A program made the translations under genes and the position numbers. Under the pieces are notes generated by a model. That model was not told where the DNA came from. It searched no databases and saw only the letters and a list, made by a program, of their open reading frames with translations. From Acidimicrobiia bacterium (GTDB lineage: Bacteria; Actinomycetota; Acidimicrobiia; Spongiisociales; ZC4RG35), in NCBI GenBank assembly GCA_029865445.1, contig JAOUGY010000002.1, positions 1 to 36,225 on the forward strand: a stretch of DNA of 36,225 bases, in the 5' to 3' direction. Shown here one piece after another: positions 16,495 through 25,817 of this stretch (positions are counted from its first letter, which is position 1; each line of letters opens with the position of its first letter).

Positions 16495-17373
16495 TCACAG
16501 GAAGACGTGGTCGGCCTGATCGACGAACGGCATGAACCCGAGCGTGGCGTATACGTGATTCGACGTCTGATTGTCCAAGTCTGTGTACAGGCACACCTGG
16601 AGGCCACGATCGGTGAGATGGCGCGATACGGCGGCCACGCACCCCTTGGCGAACCCCTTCCCGCGAAAGTCGGGCGGCGTGTAGACGGGTGCGATCCGGG
16701 CCACGCCATGGACCGGAGGGTTGTGGCCGGTTGCGTGCACGACCTGGCCTTCGTGCTCCCACACCCACAACCGCTCCTGCTCGACCAAACGCACCACGGA
16801 CGTGGCGGGAACGGTTTCTGGTCCCGGGTCATCTCGTCCGGCCTGGATGGCGGCTTCGGCTTCGAACACCTCCAGCCATGGTCGCACCACCTCCACGTCC
16901 TCGATGCGGGCGAGCCGCGCCCTGCCCGGAATTCCGGCTGGTTCGATCAACTCTCCAAGGAGGTGAAGCCGCGAGCGCTGCAGAACGCCCACCGCCCGAC
17001 CGGTCGCTGCCGCGAGGCGATCGGCGATCAAGCGAGCGGCGGGCAGAGCGCCATTGACTCCGACCGGAATCTCGCCACGGTCGAGAAGGGCCCCTGCGAT
17101 CGCATGGGCAGCTCGGTCTGACATCGGACCGGCAAACATCCCGACGGCCCTGCCGCCTTCCGCCAGCATGGCGGCTGAAGCCAGGACTCCATCCTCTCGA
17201 ACAAGTGCCCACCACTCGGACCGCTCCGACACCTCCCCGCGAGACCGGGAATCCGCGGTGATCCTCGCGACCGTCCCGATGACCGTCGTCGACAGCGGGT
17301 CCGCGGCAAGAAGCGGCTCGGCGAGCTCAGCGAACACCGCCGGGTCGTCGTAGAACGTGACTTCTACTCCCAT
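16495..17373 (-). CDS. GNAT family N-acetyltransferase (two-domain)
   Basis: Acetyl-CoA motif RGKGFAKG and C-terminal NQTSNHVYATLGF. Start is ATG 17373, or GTG 17376. Confidence 0.75.
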   Translation of the reverse strand: MGVEVTFYDDPAVFAELAEPLLAADPLSTTVIGTVARITADSRSRGEVSERSEWWALVREDGVLASAAMLAEGGRAVGMFAGPMSDRAAHAIAGALLDRGEIPVGVNGALPAARLIADRLAAATGRAVGVLQRSRLHLLGELIEPAGIPGRARLARIEDVEVVRPWLEVFEAEAAIQAGRDDPGPETVPATSVVRLVEQERLWVWEHEGQVVHATGHNPPVHGVARIAPVYTPPDFRGKGFAKGCVAAVSRHLTDRGLQVCLYTDLDNQTSNHVYATLGFMPFVDQADHVFL

Positions 17374-17462
17374 CACCGGAGGGTAGAGACCGCAGAATCT
17401 CGACGCCTTGCGATAAGCAGAACGCCGCGGCTACAGCTTCTGGCCCACGGCGCGTGGCGCAC

Positions 17463-17480
17463 CGAGCGAAGCGAGGCCCC
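17463..17480. repeat. Second copy of the 18-mer CGAGCGAAGCGAGGCCCC
   Basis: Exact match to 468-485. It lies 4 nt from the stop of the minus-strand CDF gene. Confidence 0.7.
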
Positions 17481-17484
17481 GATG

Positions 17485-18432
17485 TCAGTGCGCGGGGGCG
17501 CCGTCCCCGTGGTCGACGTGATTGGCGTCGTACAGGTCGGGTTCGAGGTAGATCCGGTGGGCGTGGGGCAACACCCGGCGAATCGCCGCCTCCACACCGT
17601 CGATGGCGTCGGCGATCTGGGAAGTCGACATCCCCCGATCGAATTCGATCTTCCCCGCCACGAGCAAGTCCTCAGGTCCGATGTGCTGGGTCTTCATGTC
17701 GATGATCCGTGCAACGTGCGGTGCACTGGTGGCCGCCGCCATCATCTTGGCGATATCCGAGGGTGTGGCTGCTTCGCCGATCAACAGCGACCGCATCTCA
17801 AAGGTGAGGACCGATGCGATCACCAACAGCAGCACGCCGATGCACAGCGTGCCGATGCCGTCCCAGATGGGGTCGCCCGTGATCGCCGCCATCGACACCC
17901 CCATGAGTGCGAGGATCAGGCCGAAGAGCGCCCCGGCGTCCTCCAACAGCACGACCGGTAGTTCCGGGGCACGCGAAGTTCGGATGTACTGCCACCACGA
18001 ACGTCCGGCGAGCAATGGACGGGCCTCACGAATGGCGGTCCGGAAGCTCAACCCCTCCGCCACGATCGCCACCAGCAGGACTCCGATCGCCCACGACAGG
18101 GACGAGACCTCGTGTGGGTGCCTGACCTTCTCGATCCCCTCGTACAGCGAGTAGACACCGCCCAACGCAAAGAGAACGAGGGCCACGACGAACGCCCAGA
18201 AGTACCGCTCGCGGCCGTACCCGAACTGGTGCTCATCGTCGGCGATCTTCTTCGCCCGCTTCCCCCCGAGGAGCAGCAGTCCCTGGTTCGACGTGTCGGC
18301 CACGGAGTGGATCGACTCGGCCAGCATCGACGCCGAGCCCGTCACGAGGTACGCGACGAACTTGGCCACCGCGATCGAGCCGTTCGCCGCCATTGCGGCG
18401 ACGATCGCCTTGGTGCCGCCTCCAGTTGCCAT
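17485..18432 (-). CDS. Cation diffusion facilitator (CDF) family metal efflux transporter
   Basis: Motif SASMLAESIHSVADT (HxxxD) in TM2, six TM segments, plus a cytoplasmic C-terminal domain. SD GGAGGGAG lies upstream. Confidence 0.9.
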   Translation of the reverse strand: MATGGGTKAIVAAMAANGSIAVAKFVAYLVTGSASMLAESIHSVADTSNQGLLLLGGKRAKKIADDEHQFGYGRERYFWAFVVALVLFALGGVYSLYEGIEKVRHPHEVSSLSWAIGVLLVAIVAEGLSFRTAIREARPLLAGRSWWQYIRTSRAPELPVVLLEDAGALFGLILALMGVSMAAITGDPIWDGIGTLCIGVLLLVIASVLTFEMRSLLIGEAATPSDIAKMMAAATSAPHVARIIDMKTQHIGPEDLLVAGKIEFDRGMSTSQIADAIDGVEAAIRRVLPHAHRIYLEPDLYDANHVDHGDGAPAH

Positions 18433-18474
18433 GTCCGTCTCCCTCCGGTCGGGCAGCCGGGAGGATAGGCAGAC

Positions 18475-19260
18475 TCAGAACAGTCCCTGGGTCCCTCCGC
18501 CATCGACAGCGATCGACGCACCTTGGATATGACGTGATTCGGGCAGGCACAAGAACACGGCGAGGGCGGCAACGTCCCCGGGTTCACCAAGACGACGGAT
18601 CCCTTGCCGATCGATGATCTGCTGTTCGAACTCCGCGGGAGTCGTCCCAGCCGCCTCCGCTCGCGCCTTCATGAGCGTGTGGTGCCGCTCGGTTCTCGTT
18701 TGGCCGGGGTGGATGGTGTTCACGTTCACGTCGTCGCGGAGACCCAGCCCGGCAAGCGCCTTGCTGAAATTGGCGAAGGCGGCGTTGACGGCCCCACCGA
18801 TCGCCACGTCGGGCGTCGGCGTACGTGCGAGCCCTCCGATGACGTTCACGACCGTCCCGTGCCGCTCCTTCAATTGCGGCCAGAACAACCTCGACAGGCG
18901 GACCGCGCCGTGGAACTTCAGGGCGAACCCGTCAATCCAGTCGTCGTCGGGCAGTTCGAGGAACGGGCCTGCCTTCGTTGCGCCCGCGCTGTTGACGAGG
19001 ATGTCGACCCCGCCAAACCGATCGACGGCTGCGTCGTGCAGGGCAGCGCAACCTTCCATTGTCCTGAGATCGCCTGCCACCCACTCGACCCGCCGCCCGG
19101 ATTCGGCGGCGATGGCGCCGGATCTGGTCTCGAGGTCTGCAGCCGTTCGCGCCGCCAGGAGGCAGTCAGCTCCTTCCGACGCCAGGGCACTTGCGATCGC
19201 CGCACCGATTCCTTTGCTACCGCCGGTGACCACAGCCACCTTGTCATCGAGCCGTCCCAT
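18475..19260 (-). CDS. SDR family oxidoreductase (atypical, BKR-like)
   Basis: TGGSKGIG and NSAG motifs. The usual YxxxK Tyr is not visible (ANFSK). Start ATG 19260 follows AGGAGA and lies 2 nt after the upstream stop. Confidence 0.85.
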   Translation of the reverse strand: MGRLDDKVAVVTGGSKGIGAAIASALASEGADCLLAARTAADLETRSGAIAAESGRRVEWVAGDLRTMEGCAALHDAAVDRFGGVDILVNSAGATKAGPFLELPDDDWIDGFALKFHGAVRLSRLFWPQLKERHGTVVNVIGGLARTPTPDVAIGGAVNAAFANFSKALAGLGLRDDVNVNTIHPGQTRTERHHTLMKARAEAAGTTPAEFEQQIIDRQGIRRLGEPGDVAALAVFLCLPESRHIQGASIAVDGGGTQGLF

Positions 19261-19262
19261 CG

Positions 19263-21308
19263 TCACTCTCCTCTCATAACGGCGTCGAGGATCTCCCAAC
19301 GCTCGCCATTCCAGGCCACCGGATTCATCTCCACCTCCAGCAATCCACTGGCAACAAAGTGCTCGGAGGCCCGGGCCACCAGCTCGGAAAGCGCCCGGAC
19401 AGCCACGCCCGGGTCGCCCCGGCGCCCAAGCGTCGCCTCTAGACCTGCAACGCCTTCCACCATACGGCGGGCGTACTCGGGATCCACGGGAGCCGGACCC
19501 CATCGCTCCACCCCGAGGCCCTCGGTGGCCACTCCCCCCAGACTCACCATCACCATCGGGCCGAACAGACGGTCGGTGATCATCCCGACGATCGCCTCCA
19601 CACCGGTCGTCATTCGTTCCACACGTACACCCTCGATCCGGGCGTCGGGACGCAACCCGGACACCCCGGTCACGATCTGTTGGTACGCCTGTCGGGCAGC
19701 TGCCGGATCTCCGATACCCAGGACCACTCCGCCCACGTCTGTCTTGTGCGGGATGTCTGGGGAACTGACCTTCATGACGACCCGGCCCCCGAGCGACGAT
19801 GCCAGCGCCACCGCCTGATCAACCGAGCCTGCAAGCCCGCCCTCGACCACGGTGAGACCCCACGACGCCAGCACCTCCTTCGCAGCGTGTTCCGTCGCAG
19901 GGACGGCCGGCATCGGCGTCCGAGGTGTTTCCGACGGCACCGTCCGATGAAGCGTCCGCCCCAGACCGCCCATGGCTCGTATGGCCGCCCGAGGTTCGGT
20001 GACCACCGGCAGGGCCGCGGCCCGAAGCATCTGGAGCCCGGCATCGGCCACGTCGCCCGCCATCCACAGATGGACGACAGGCACCTGAGGGTCCAGAGCG
20101 ACGAGTCCTTCCGCCCGCTCCACCGTGTGCGCAGGTGGGTGTGCCGTGGAAACGGCGAGAACGGCGTCGAACTCCCCTGATGCGGCAAACCGTTCGACCA
20201 CGTCGGCGAAGCGACCGGGCCCACCGATGATGGCGCCCATGTCCAGCGGGTTTGCCGCGGTCCCCAGTTGTAGGAACGGCGCCAGCTCCCCGGCCAGGGC
20301 CATTGAGGGCTGCGGCAGCTCCAGGCCGATCCGGTCGGCGAGATCGCTCAGCAGGATTGCGATGCCACCCGAGTGCGTGATGACCCCGATGCGCTCGCCA
20401 CCGACCTCACCGGCGCGGGCCATGACCTCGGCAACGGCGAGCATCTCTTCCGGAGTTTCGGCGACGGTGACCCCGAGTGAATCGAGAACCCCGTCGAGCA
20501 ACTTCGACGGCGCCGCCATGGCCCCGGTGTGGGTGGTCATCAGCCGTTCGCCCCGGGGACTCGATCCGATCCGGCATGCCACCACCGGCTTGCCGGCCTG
20601 GTGGGCCCGCTGGACCGATTCCATGAACGCCCGCCCTCGGCGGACGGTCTCCATCACCAGGGCGATGACTTTCACCTCATCCAACTCGACGAGAGCATCG
20701 ATACCGTCGGACAGGCCGGACACGGCCTCGTTGCCGGTCGACACCGACACGGCGAGACCACTCCCGCGTTCGGCGGCAAGGTTGTGCACGTAGCTCCCGG
20801 TACCTCCGCTCTGAGTGACGAGACCCACCGGGCCCGGTCTGACCTCGGAGGCCGGCCGGTCGAGACACGTCAGAAAGCTGGCAGCGAGCCCCACCGATGG
20901 GCGGATCACACCACCGGAGTTCGGCCCGAGGACGGCAACGCCCGCCTCCCTCGCCGCCGCAACGAGATCGTCCTGGAGCGCCGCGCCGTCCTCGCCGACC
21001 TCGCGGAATCCTCCGGCGAACACCACCACGCCGCCCGCTTGTACCGTTCCGGCGGCTCGAACGGTGCCGGGTACGGCCCCGGCGGGGATGGCACACACCA
21101 CCAGGTCGGGCGACGAGGGGAGCCTGTCGAGCGATGCGAACACCTCGACGCCCGGCACGTCAGGCATCCCAGGGTTCACGCCCCAGACTTCACCCCGGAA
21201 ACCGAGCCTCTTCAGATTGGCGACGACCCTTCCTCCGTGTTTCGACGGGTCGGCGGACAGCCCGACGACGGCGATCGCCTCAGGTGACAGCAGCCGTGCG
21301 AGCGACAT
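19263..21308 (-). CDS. ADP-forming acyl-CoA synthetase (CoA-binding + succinyl-CoA-synthetase-like + ATP-grasp domains)
   Basis: 681 aa. N-terminal AIAVVGLSADPSKHGG CoA-binding fold and a C-terminal ATP-grasp region. Confidence 0.85.
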   Translation of the reverse strand: MSLARLLSPEAIAVVGLSADPSKHGGRVVANLKRLGFRGEVWGVNPGMPDVPGVEVFASLDRLPSSPDLVVCAIPAGAVPGTVRAAGTVQAGGVVVFAGGFREVGEDGAALQDDLVAAAREAGVAVLGPNSGGVIRPSVGLAASFLTCLDRPASEVRPGPVGLVTQSGGTGSYVHNLAAERGSGLAVSVSTGNEAVSGLSDGIDALVELDEVKVIALVMETVRRGRAFMESVQRAHQAGKPVVACRIGSSPRGERLMTTHTGAMAAPSKLLDGVLDSLGVTVAETPEEMLAVAEVMARAGEVGGERIGVITHSGGIAILLSDLADRIGLELPQPSMALAGELAPFLQLGTAANPLDMGAIIGGPGRFADVVERFAASGEFDAVLAVSTAHPPAHTVERAEGLVALDPQVPVVHLWMAGDVADAGLQMLRAAALPVVTEPRAAIRAMGGLGRTLHRTVPSETPRTPMPAVPATEHAAKEVLASWGLTVVEGGLAGSVDQAVALASSLGGRVVMKVSSPDIPHKTDVGGVVLGIGDPAAARQAYQQIVTGVSGLRPDARIEGVRVERMTTGVEAIVGMITDRLFGPMVMVSLGGVATEGLGVERWGPAPVDPEYARRMVEGVAGLEATLGRRGDPGVAVRALSELVARASEHFVASGLLEVEMNPVAWNGERWEILDAVMRGE

Positions 21309-21309
21309 C

Positions 21310-22269
21310 TCAGGCCCTCAGTTGAGGCATCACGTCGGTGGCGAACAGTTCGAGGCTGTCGTAGCGACCCATGTCGTAGAAGTAGAGGATCATGTCGGAA
21401 CAACCTTCCGCTCGATAGTCGCCCAGCATGTCCACGGCCTGATCCACCGTGACCGCGAAATGCTCTTCGGCGAACTCCTCGCCACTGCAGTTCCGCCGTT
21501 CACCCGCTACTGCGAGTTTGCGCGCCAGGTCCGCATCGTCTCGACCGATGACCGACATCATGTGGACCGAACGACCGATCTCCGTGTAGTCCCTCCCGAT
21601 CGCCTCGCAATGGCCCGCCAGAACGTTGGACTTGTGCCGGAAGTTGTCGATGTCGCCCGAGAAGTTGGAGAAGTCGCCGTACTCGGCGGCAATGCGCAGT
21701 GTCCGCCGTTCGCCGCCGCCGGCGATCCACAGCGGTGGATGGGGATCCTGCAAAGACCTGGGGCGAGTGATCGCGCCGTCGAGCCGATAACGGTCTCCGT
21801 TGAAATGAGCGACATCGGTCGTCCACATGGCCTTCATCACCTGAGCAGCCTCTTCCAGCATGTCGAGCCGAACACCGTCGGATGGGTAGTCGTAGCCGTA
21901 CCCTTTGAACTCCCCGACGGACCACCCCGCCCCGATGCCGACGTCGAGTCTGCCCTTGCAGATGGCGTCCACCGAAGCTGCGATCTTGGCGAGGAGAGCC
22001 GGGTTGCGGTACGGGATGCAGGTACACATCTGACCAAGTCGGACCCGGTTGGTGGTCGCCGCAAGAGCCGCCATCAGCGTCCACGCCTCGAACACCGACT
22101 CCTGAGAGGGAACCGGGTGGGTGTGGAAGTGGTCGTACACCCAGATCGAGTCATATCCGAGTTCTTCGATGGTCGAGGCCGTCTCCGTGATGCGATCCCA
22201 CTGGCGATCGACGGGGATTCCAACCAGGTCCATCTTCCATCCTTGCGGAACGAACGTCCCGAACCTCAT
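21310..22269 (-). CDS. Luciferase-like monooxygenase (LLM) class, F420-dependent-type oxidoreductase
   Basis: N-terminus MRFGTFVPQGW...YDSIWVYDHF. ATGA overlap at 22266-22269. The 737-aa track ORF is a chimera with a shadow frame. Confidence 0.85.
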   Translation of the reverse strand: MRFGTFVPQGWKMDLVGIPVDRQWDRITETASTIEELGYDSIWVYDHFHTHPVPSQESVFEAWTLMAALAATTNRVRLGQMCTCIPYRNPALLAKIAASVDAICKGRLDVGIGAGWSVGEFKGYGYDYPSDGVRLDMLEEAAQVMKAMWTTDVAHFNGDRYRLDGAITRPRSLQDPHPPLWIAGGGERRTLRIAAEYGDFSNFSGDIDNFRHKSNVLAGHCEAIGRDYTEIGRSVHMMSVIGRDDADLARKLAVAGERRNCSGEEFAEEHFAVTVDQAVDMLGDYRAEGCSDMILYFYDMGRYDSLELFATDVMPQLRA

Positions 22270-23420
22270 GCTTGTCTCCTTTCCAACATCCTGCCTCCGA
22301 TCGCAACGAAAACCGCCGCCAGGGCGACCATCACTCCTCCGAAGGCCCACGCCATCGAGTAGCCGGCCCGCTCGACGATCACGCCGAACGTGAGAGGGCC
22401 AAGGATGCCACCGCCGAACTGTCCGGCCCCGAGGATGCCCGAAGCGATACCCGGCGCGTCGGGTACCCGAGTCACCACCGCGAAATTGAGGAGGCTGGGC
22501 CAGGCCCAGGCGGTGCCGAAGACGAGCAAGGTCATGAAGAAGAGACCGGGTGCACTCCAGCTTCGACCCATCGCCGCGAACGCCACGGCTCCTCCGGCCA
22601 GCATCGCTGTCAACAAACCGAAATGAACCCCGCGGTGGCGATCGGCGATGAGACCCCATCCGACGCGGATGAGAACACCGATGCCACTCCCGGCCGAGAG
22701 GTACAGTCCGGCCACTCCTGCGTCGAGTCCTCCCGACACCGCAGACTCGACGTAGAAGGCGCCCAAGGACGCCGAGGCATTCACCGCGCAGAACGCTCCA
22801 AAGGACAGCATCCACACCGGTCCGCCCGGGACGTCGGAGCGCATGCCACGCCGAACCGGCAGTCCCGTCTCTCGCCTGGATCCGCCGGCGACGATCGGGA
22901 TCGCTGCCACACCGGCGAGGGCGAACGCCCACCGCCAACCGATGGTGAGCCCGATCGCAGGCACCGCGATTCCTGCGAGGAGAGTCGCGTACGGCCCGGC
23001 GGATTGCTTGATCGCGAAGCCGACGCCCTGGCGTCGCAGCGGGAAGCCCCGGGCGATGGCGAGGTTGGACGCCGGGAACGCGACGCCGTTGGCGATCCCG
23101 CCGATCACGAGGAATACCGCCATCGCCGCCCACGACCGCGCGAACCCAGCGATGCCGAGGGAGGCAAGCATGCTGAGGGCGGCACCGGCCGCCATGGCCT
23201 TGGGGCCGCCGAGACGCTCTGCCAGCCGGCCACCGGGGATGGTGGTGGACGCCGAGGCTACGTAATAGAGGGTGGCGAGCGCACCCAGTTCGGACTCGCC
23301 GAACCCGAGTTCGGGCCTGATGAACACGGCCATGGCCCCGGTCAGGAAGATGGGGAGCGCGCCGAGCACTATCGACAGCGTCGCCTGGAGCAGCGTGGCG
23401 ACTGGCCGCTCGGAGGTCAC
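22266..23420 (-). CDS. MFS transporter
   Basis: About 12 hydrophobic segments. Start set at the GTGA overlap (23417-23420). An alternative GTG start is at 23435. Confidence 0.85.
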   Translation of the reverse strand: MTSERPVATLLQATLSIVLGALPIFLTGAMAVFIRPELGFGESELGALATLYYVASASTTIPGGRLAERLGGPKAMAAGAALSMLASLGIAGFARSWAAMAVFLVIGGIANGVAFPASNLAIARGFPLRRQGVGFAIKQSAGPYATLLAGIAVPAIGLTIGWRWAFALAGVAAIPIVAGGSRRETGLPVRRGMRSDVPGGPVWMLSFGAFCAVNASASLGAFYVESAVSGGLDAGVAGLYLSAGSGIGVLIRVGWGLIADRHRGVHFGLLTAMLAGGAVAFAAMGRSWSAPGLFFMTLLVFGTAWAWPSLLNFAVVTRVPDAPGIASGILGAGQFGGGILGPLTFGVIVERAGYSMAWAFGGVMVALAAVFVAIGGRMLERRQA

Positions 23421-24613
23421 ACCTCCGGTCGCCACACAGCCACCACCTCGTCGGCTTCGAGCCGGGCGACATCTTCCGGCGACAACCCGAGCCGCTCGGT
23501 GAGGATCTCTTCGGTGTGCTCACCGAGCATCGGGGCAGGGTTCCGAGGCATCTCCCAGTCGGAGAACTTCACCGGCGACGGCGGATACCGAACCTCGCCG
23601 AGTGTCGGGTGGTCGTAGCTGGCGACCATGCCGCGCTCCTGGGTCTGGGGATCCGAGAACACACCTGCGAAGTCGTTGACCGGGGCCGACGGGATGTCGA
23701 ACTCGTCGAGGATCCTCACCCACTCGGCTTTGGTCTTTTGCCGGAACGCGTCTTCCAGGATCGGGACCACGTAGTCGCGGTTGGCGAGACGGGCGGCGTT
23801 GTCGATCGTCTTCGGGTCCTCTTTCAGGTCCGGCCGGTCGATGGCGTCGCACAGATTGCGCCAGAACTTCTCGTCCCGGGCGGCGACCACGACGTACCCG
23901 TCCGACGTCTCCAAAGCCTGCCACGGGACCATGTGTGCGTGGGCGGTGCCCTGGCGGTTGACTGCCTTACCCGTGTTCAGGTGGTCGAGGGCGTCGTACC
24001 CGAGCAGGGTGATCAGGCCGTCGAGCATGGCCACGTCGGCATGCCTGCCTTCCCCGTTGAGGCCCCGGCCGGCGAGCGCCGCCAGGACGGAGATGCAACA
24101 AAAGATCCCGCCTGTCAGGTCGGCGATCGGGACCCCGACACGCGATGGTGGACCGTCCGGCTCACCGGTGATGTCCATGTGCCCCGAATACGCCTGCACC
24201 ACGAGATCGAACGCCGCCTTGTCCCGAGCGGGCCCCGTCTCTCCGAATCCGGTGACCGACACGGTGATGATGTCGGGGTTCCGCTGTTTGAGGGTTTCGT
24301 GGTCGATCCCCAGCCGCTGCATCACACCGGGCCGGAAGTTGTCGACCACGACATCTGCCCGGTCGACCAGCCGGTAGAAGATGTCGAGACCTTCCGAGCT
24401 CTTCAGATCGAGCACGACACTCTTCTTGCCGCGGTTCATGAACAAGTGGATGGCGCTCTCACCGCCGAGCGGAGCGATCTTGGGGTTGCGGGCGGTGTCC
24501 CCGGTGAACGGCTCGACCTTGATGACCTCGGCTCCGAGCTCGGCGAGGATCGATCCACCGAATGTGCCGGCGATCACCTGCCCCAGCTCGATGATCGTGA
24601 TTCCGTTCAACAC
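23417..24613 (-). CDS. Family III CoA-transferase (CaiB/BaiF-like)
   Basis: N-terminus ITIIELGQVIAGTFGGSILAELGAEVIKVEP, 398 aa. Confidence 0.9.
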   Translation of the reverse strand: MLNGITIIELGQVIAGTFGGSILAELGAEVIKVEPFTGDTARNPKIAPLGGESAIHLFMNRGKKSVVLDLKSSEGLDIFYRLVDRADVVVDNFRPGVMQRLGIDHETLKQRNPDIITVSVTGFGETGPARDKAAFDLVVQAYSGHMDITGEPDGPPSRVGVPIADLTGGIFCCISVLAALAGRGLNGEGRHADVAMLDGLITLLGYDALDHLNTGKAVNRQGTAHAHMVPWQALETSDGYVVVAARDEKFWRNLCDAIDRPDLKEDPKTIDNAARLANRDYVVPILEDAFRQKTKAEWVRILDEFDIPSAPVNDFAGVFSDPQTQERGMVASYDHPTLGEVRYPPSPVKFSDWEMPRNPAPMLGEHTEEILTERLGLSPEDVARLEADEVVAVWRPEV

Positions 24614-24621
24614 GGGGAGCC

Positions 24622-24661
24622 AGTCATCGAGTCATCAAGTCCCCAAGTCAGCGAGTCGGCT
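24622..24661. repeat. Octanucleotide array AGTCNNNN x5
   Basis: AGTCATCG AGTCATCA AGTCCCCA AGTCAGCG AGTCGGCT. It sits in the only sizeable gap of the minus-strand operon, 8 nt upstream of the CoA-transferase start codon. Confidence 0.85.
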
Positions 24662-24722
24662 GGCCACGCGCGCGTTACCGAAGCCCAGGTCGGCTGGTGT
24701 CGGCCAAAGCGAGTGTTCATCG

Positions 24723-25817
24723 TTACCACTCCAGGGTCACCACCTTGCGGATCTTCGCGGACTCGTCGACGGCCCGGGAGATCTTGAGCACGTCGAAGCC
24801 CTCCTGGCCGGTGGCGAGGATCGGATCCTGGCGGTTCTGTCCGACGGCGTTGATGAAGGCGTGCGTCTCCTCTTGCATGGCACCAAAGTGCTCGCCGAGC
24901 GCCCAGTCGCCCGGCATGTACGAGCCGAGCATCGCCACGTTCATGGTCGCCCGCGGAACGTACGGCGATGGGATCGACTTGTGCGACGCCATGAGCACGT
25001 CCCGATGGTCGTCCTTCACGCTGATGGTGCCGTCCCGGCCGAACACCTCGAAGTCCATGCTCGCCACGTACGCGGGCCAGAACTCTGGCAACTCCCAGCT
25101 GACGCCGAGGTTGGCAACCGTCCCGTCGTCGTAGGTGAGCACACACCAGGTCGAGTCAACGGTCCCGTACTGCTCGTAGATCTTCCCCTTGGTGCTCCCG
25201 GCGGCGTACACAGTGGTGGGGCGCCGGTCGGGCAGATACCAGTTGAGGAGGTCGAACAGGTAGGTCATCGTGTTCACCGACGGGGTGGTCGAGTTGGCGC
25301 GGCTGATCACCGACTGGGCCACCGACTCCGCCAGGTAGATGGTGGCCTTCACGCTCGTCACATCGCCGACGTATCCCTTGAGCATGTGCTCTTTGATGGC
25401 GAGGTACCGGCGCCGGAACCGCTGGGTGAAACCGGTGTAGATACGGACCCCGTATTCCTCGGCGGCCGCCATCAGCTTGTGCGCTTCGTCGAGTTCGATG
25501 GTGAATGGCTTCTCGATGAGGACCGGTTTGCGCGCCTGGACCGCAGCCATCGCCGGCTCGTAGTGGGCGTTTTCGGTGGAGGCGATGATCACTGCATCCA
25601 CGTCGTCACGGGTGACGATGTCCATCGCATCGGTCGCCACCAGGTCGGCCTGGCACGACTCGCCGAGTCGCTTGGCCTTGGCTTCGTCGATGTCCGCCAC
25701 CGCCAGGAAGTTGACCGATGGATGCCGGTGGGCGATCTCCGCGCGGAGCGATCCGATCGTCCCCGCTCCGACCACGGCAACACCGACACCGCCTTCGATG
25801 TACCGACTCCTCGTCAT
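24723..25817 (-). CDS. Gfo/Idh/MocA family oxidoreductase
   Basis: VAVVGAGTIG Rossmann motif and LIEKP motif. ATGA overlap at 25814-25817. Confidence 0.85.
   Translation of the reverse strand: MTRSRYIEGGVGVAVVGAGTIGSLRAEIAHRHPSVNFLAVADIDEAKAKRLGESCQADLVATDAMDIVTRDDVDAVIIASTENAHYEPAMAAVQARKPVLIEKPFTIELDEAHKLMAAAEEYGVRIYTGFTQRFRRRYLAIKEHMLKGYVGDVTSVKATIYLAESVAQSVISRANSTTPSVNTMTYLFDLLNWYLPDRRPTTVYAAGSTKGKIYEQYGTVDSTWCVLTYDDGTVANLGVSWELPEFWPAYVASMDFEVFGRDGTISVKDDHRDVLMASHKSIPSPYVPRATMNVAMLGSYMPGDWALGEHFGAMQEETHAFINAVGQNRQDPILATGQEGFDVLKISRAVDESAKIRKVVTLEW

Noticed and set aside
21310-23523. 737-aa minus-strand ORF
   Set aside because: It is a chimera. Only the C-terminal 319 aa (from MRFGTFVPQGW, start 22269) look like a real LLM oxidoreductase. 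The N-terminal part is an out-of-frame shadow of the MFS transporter gene.
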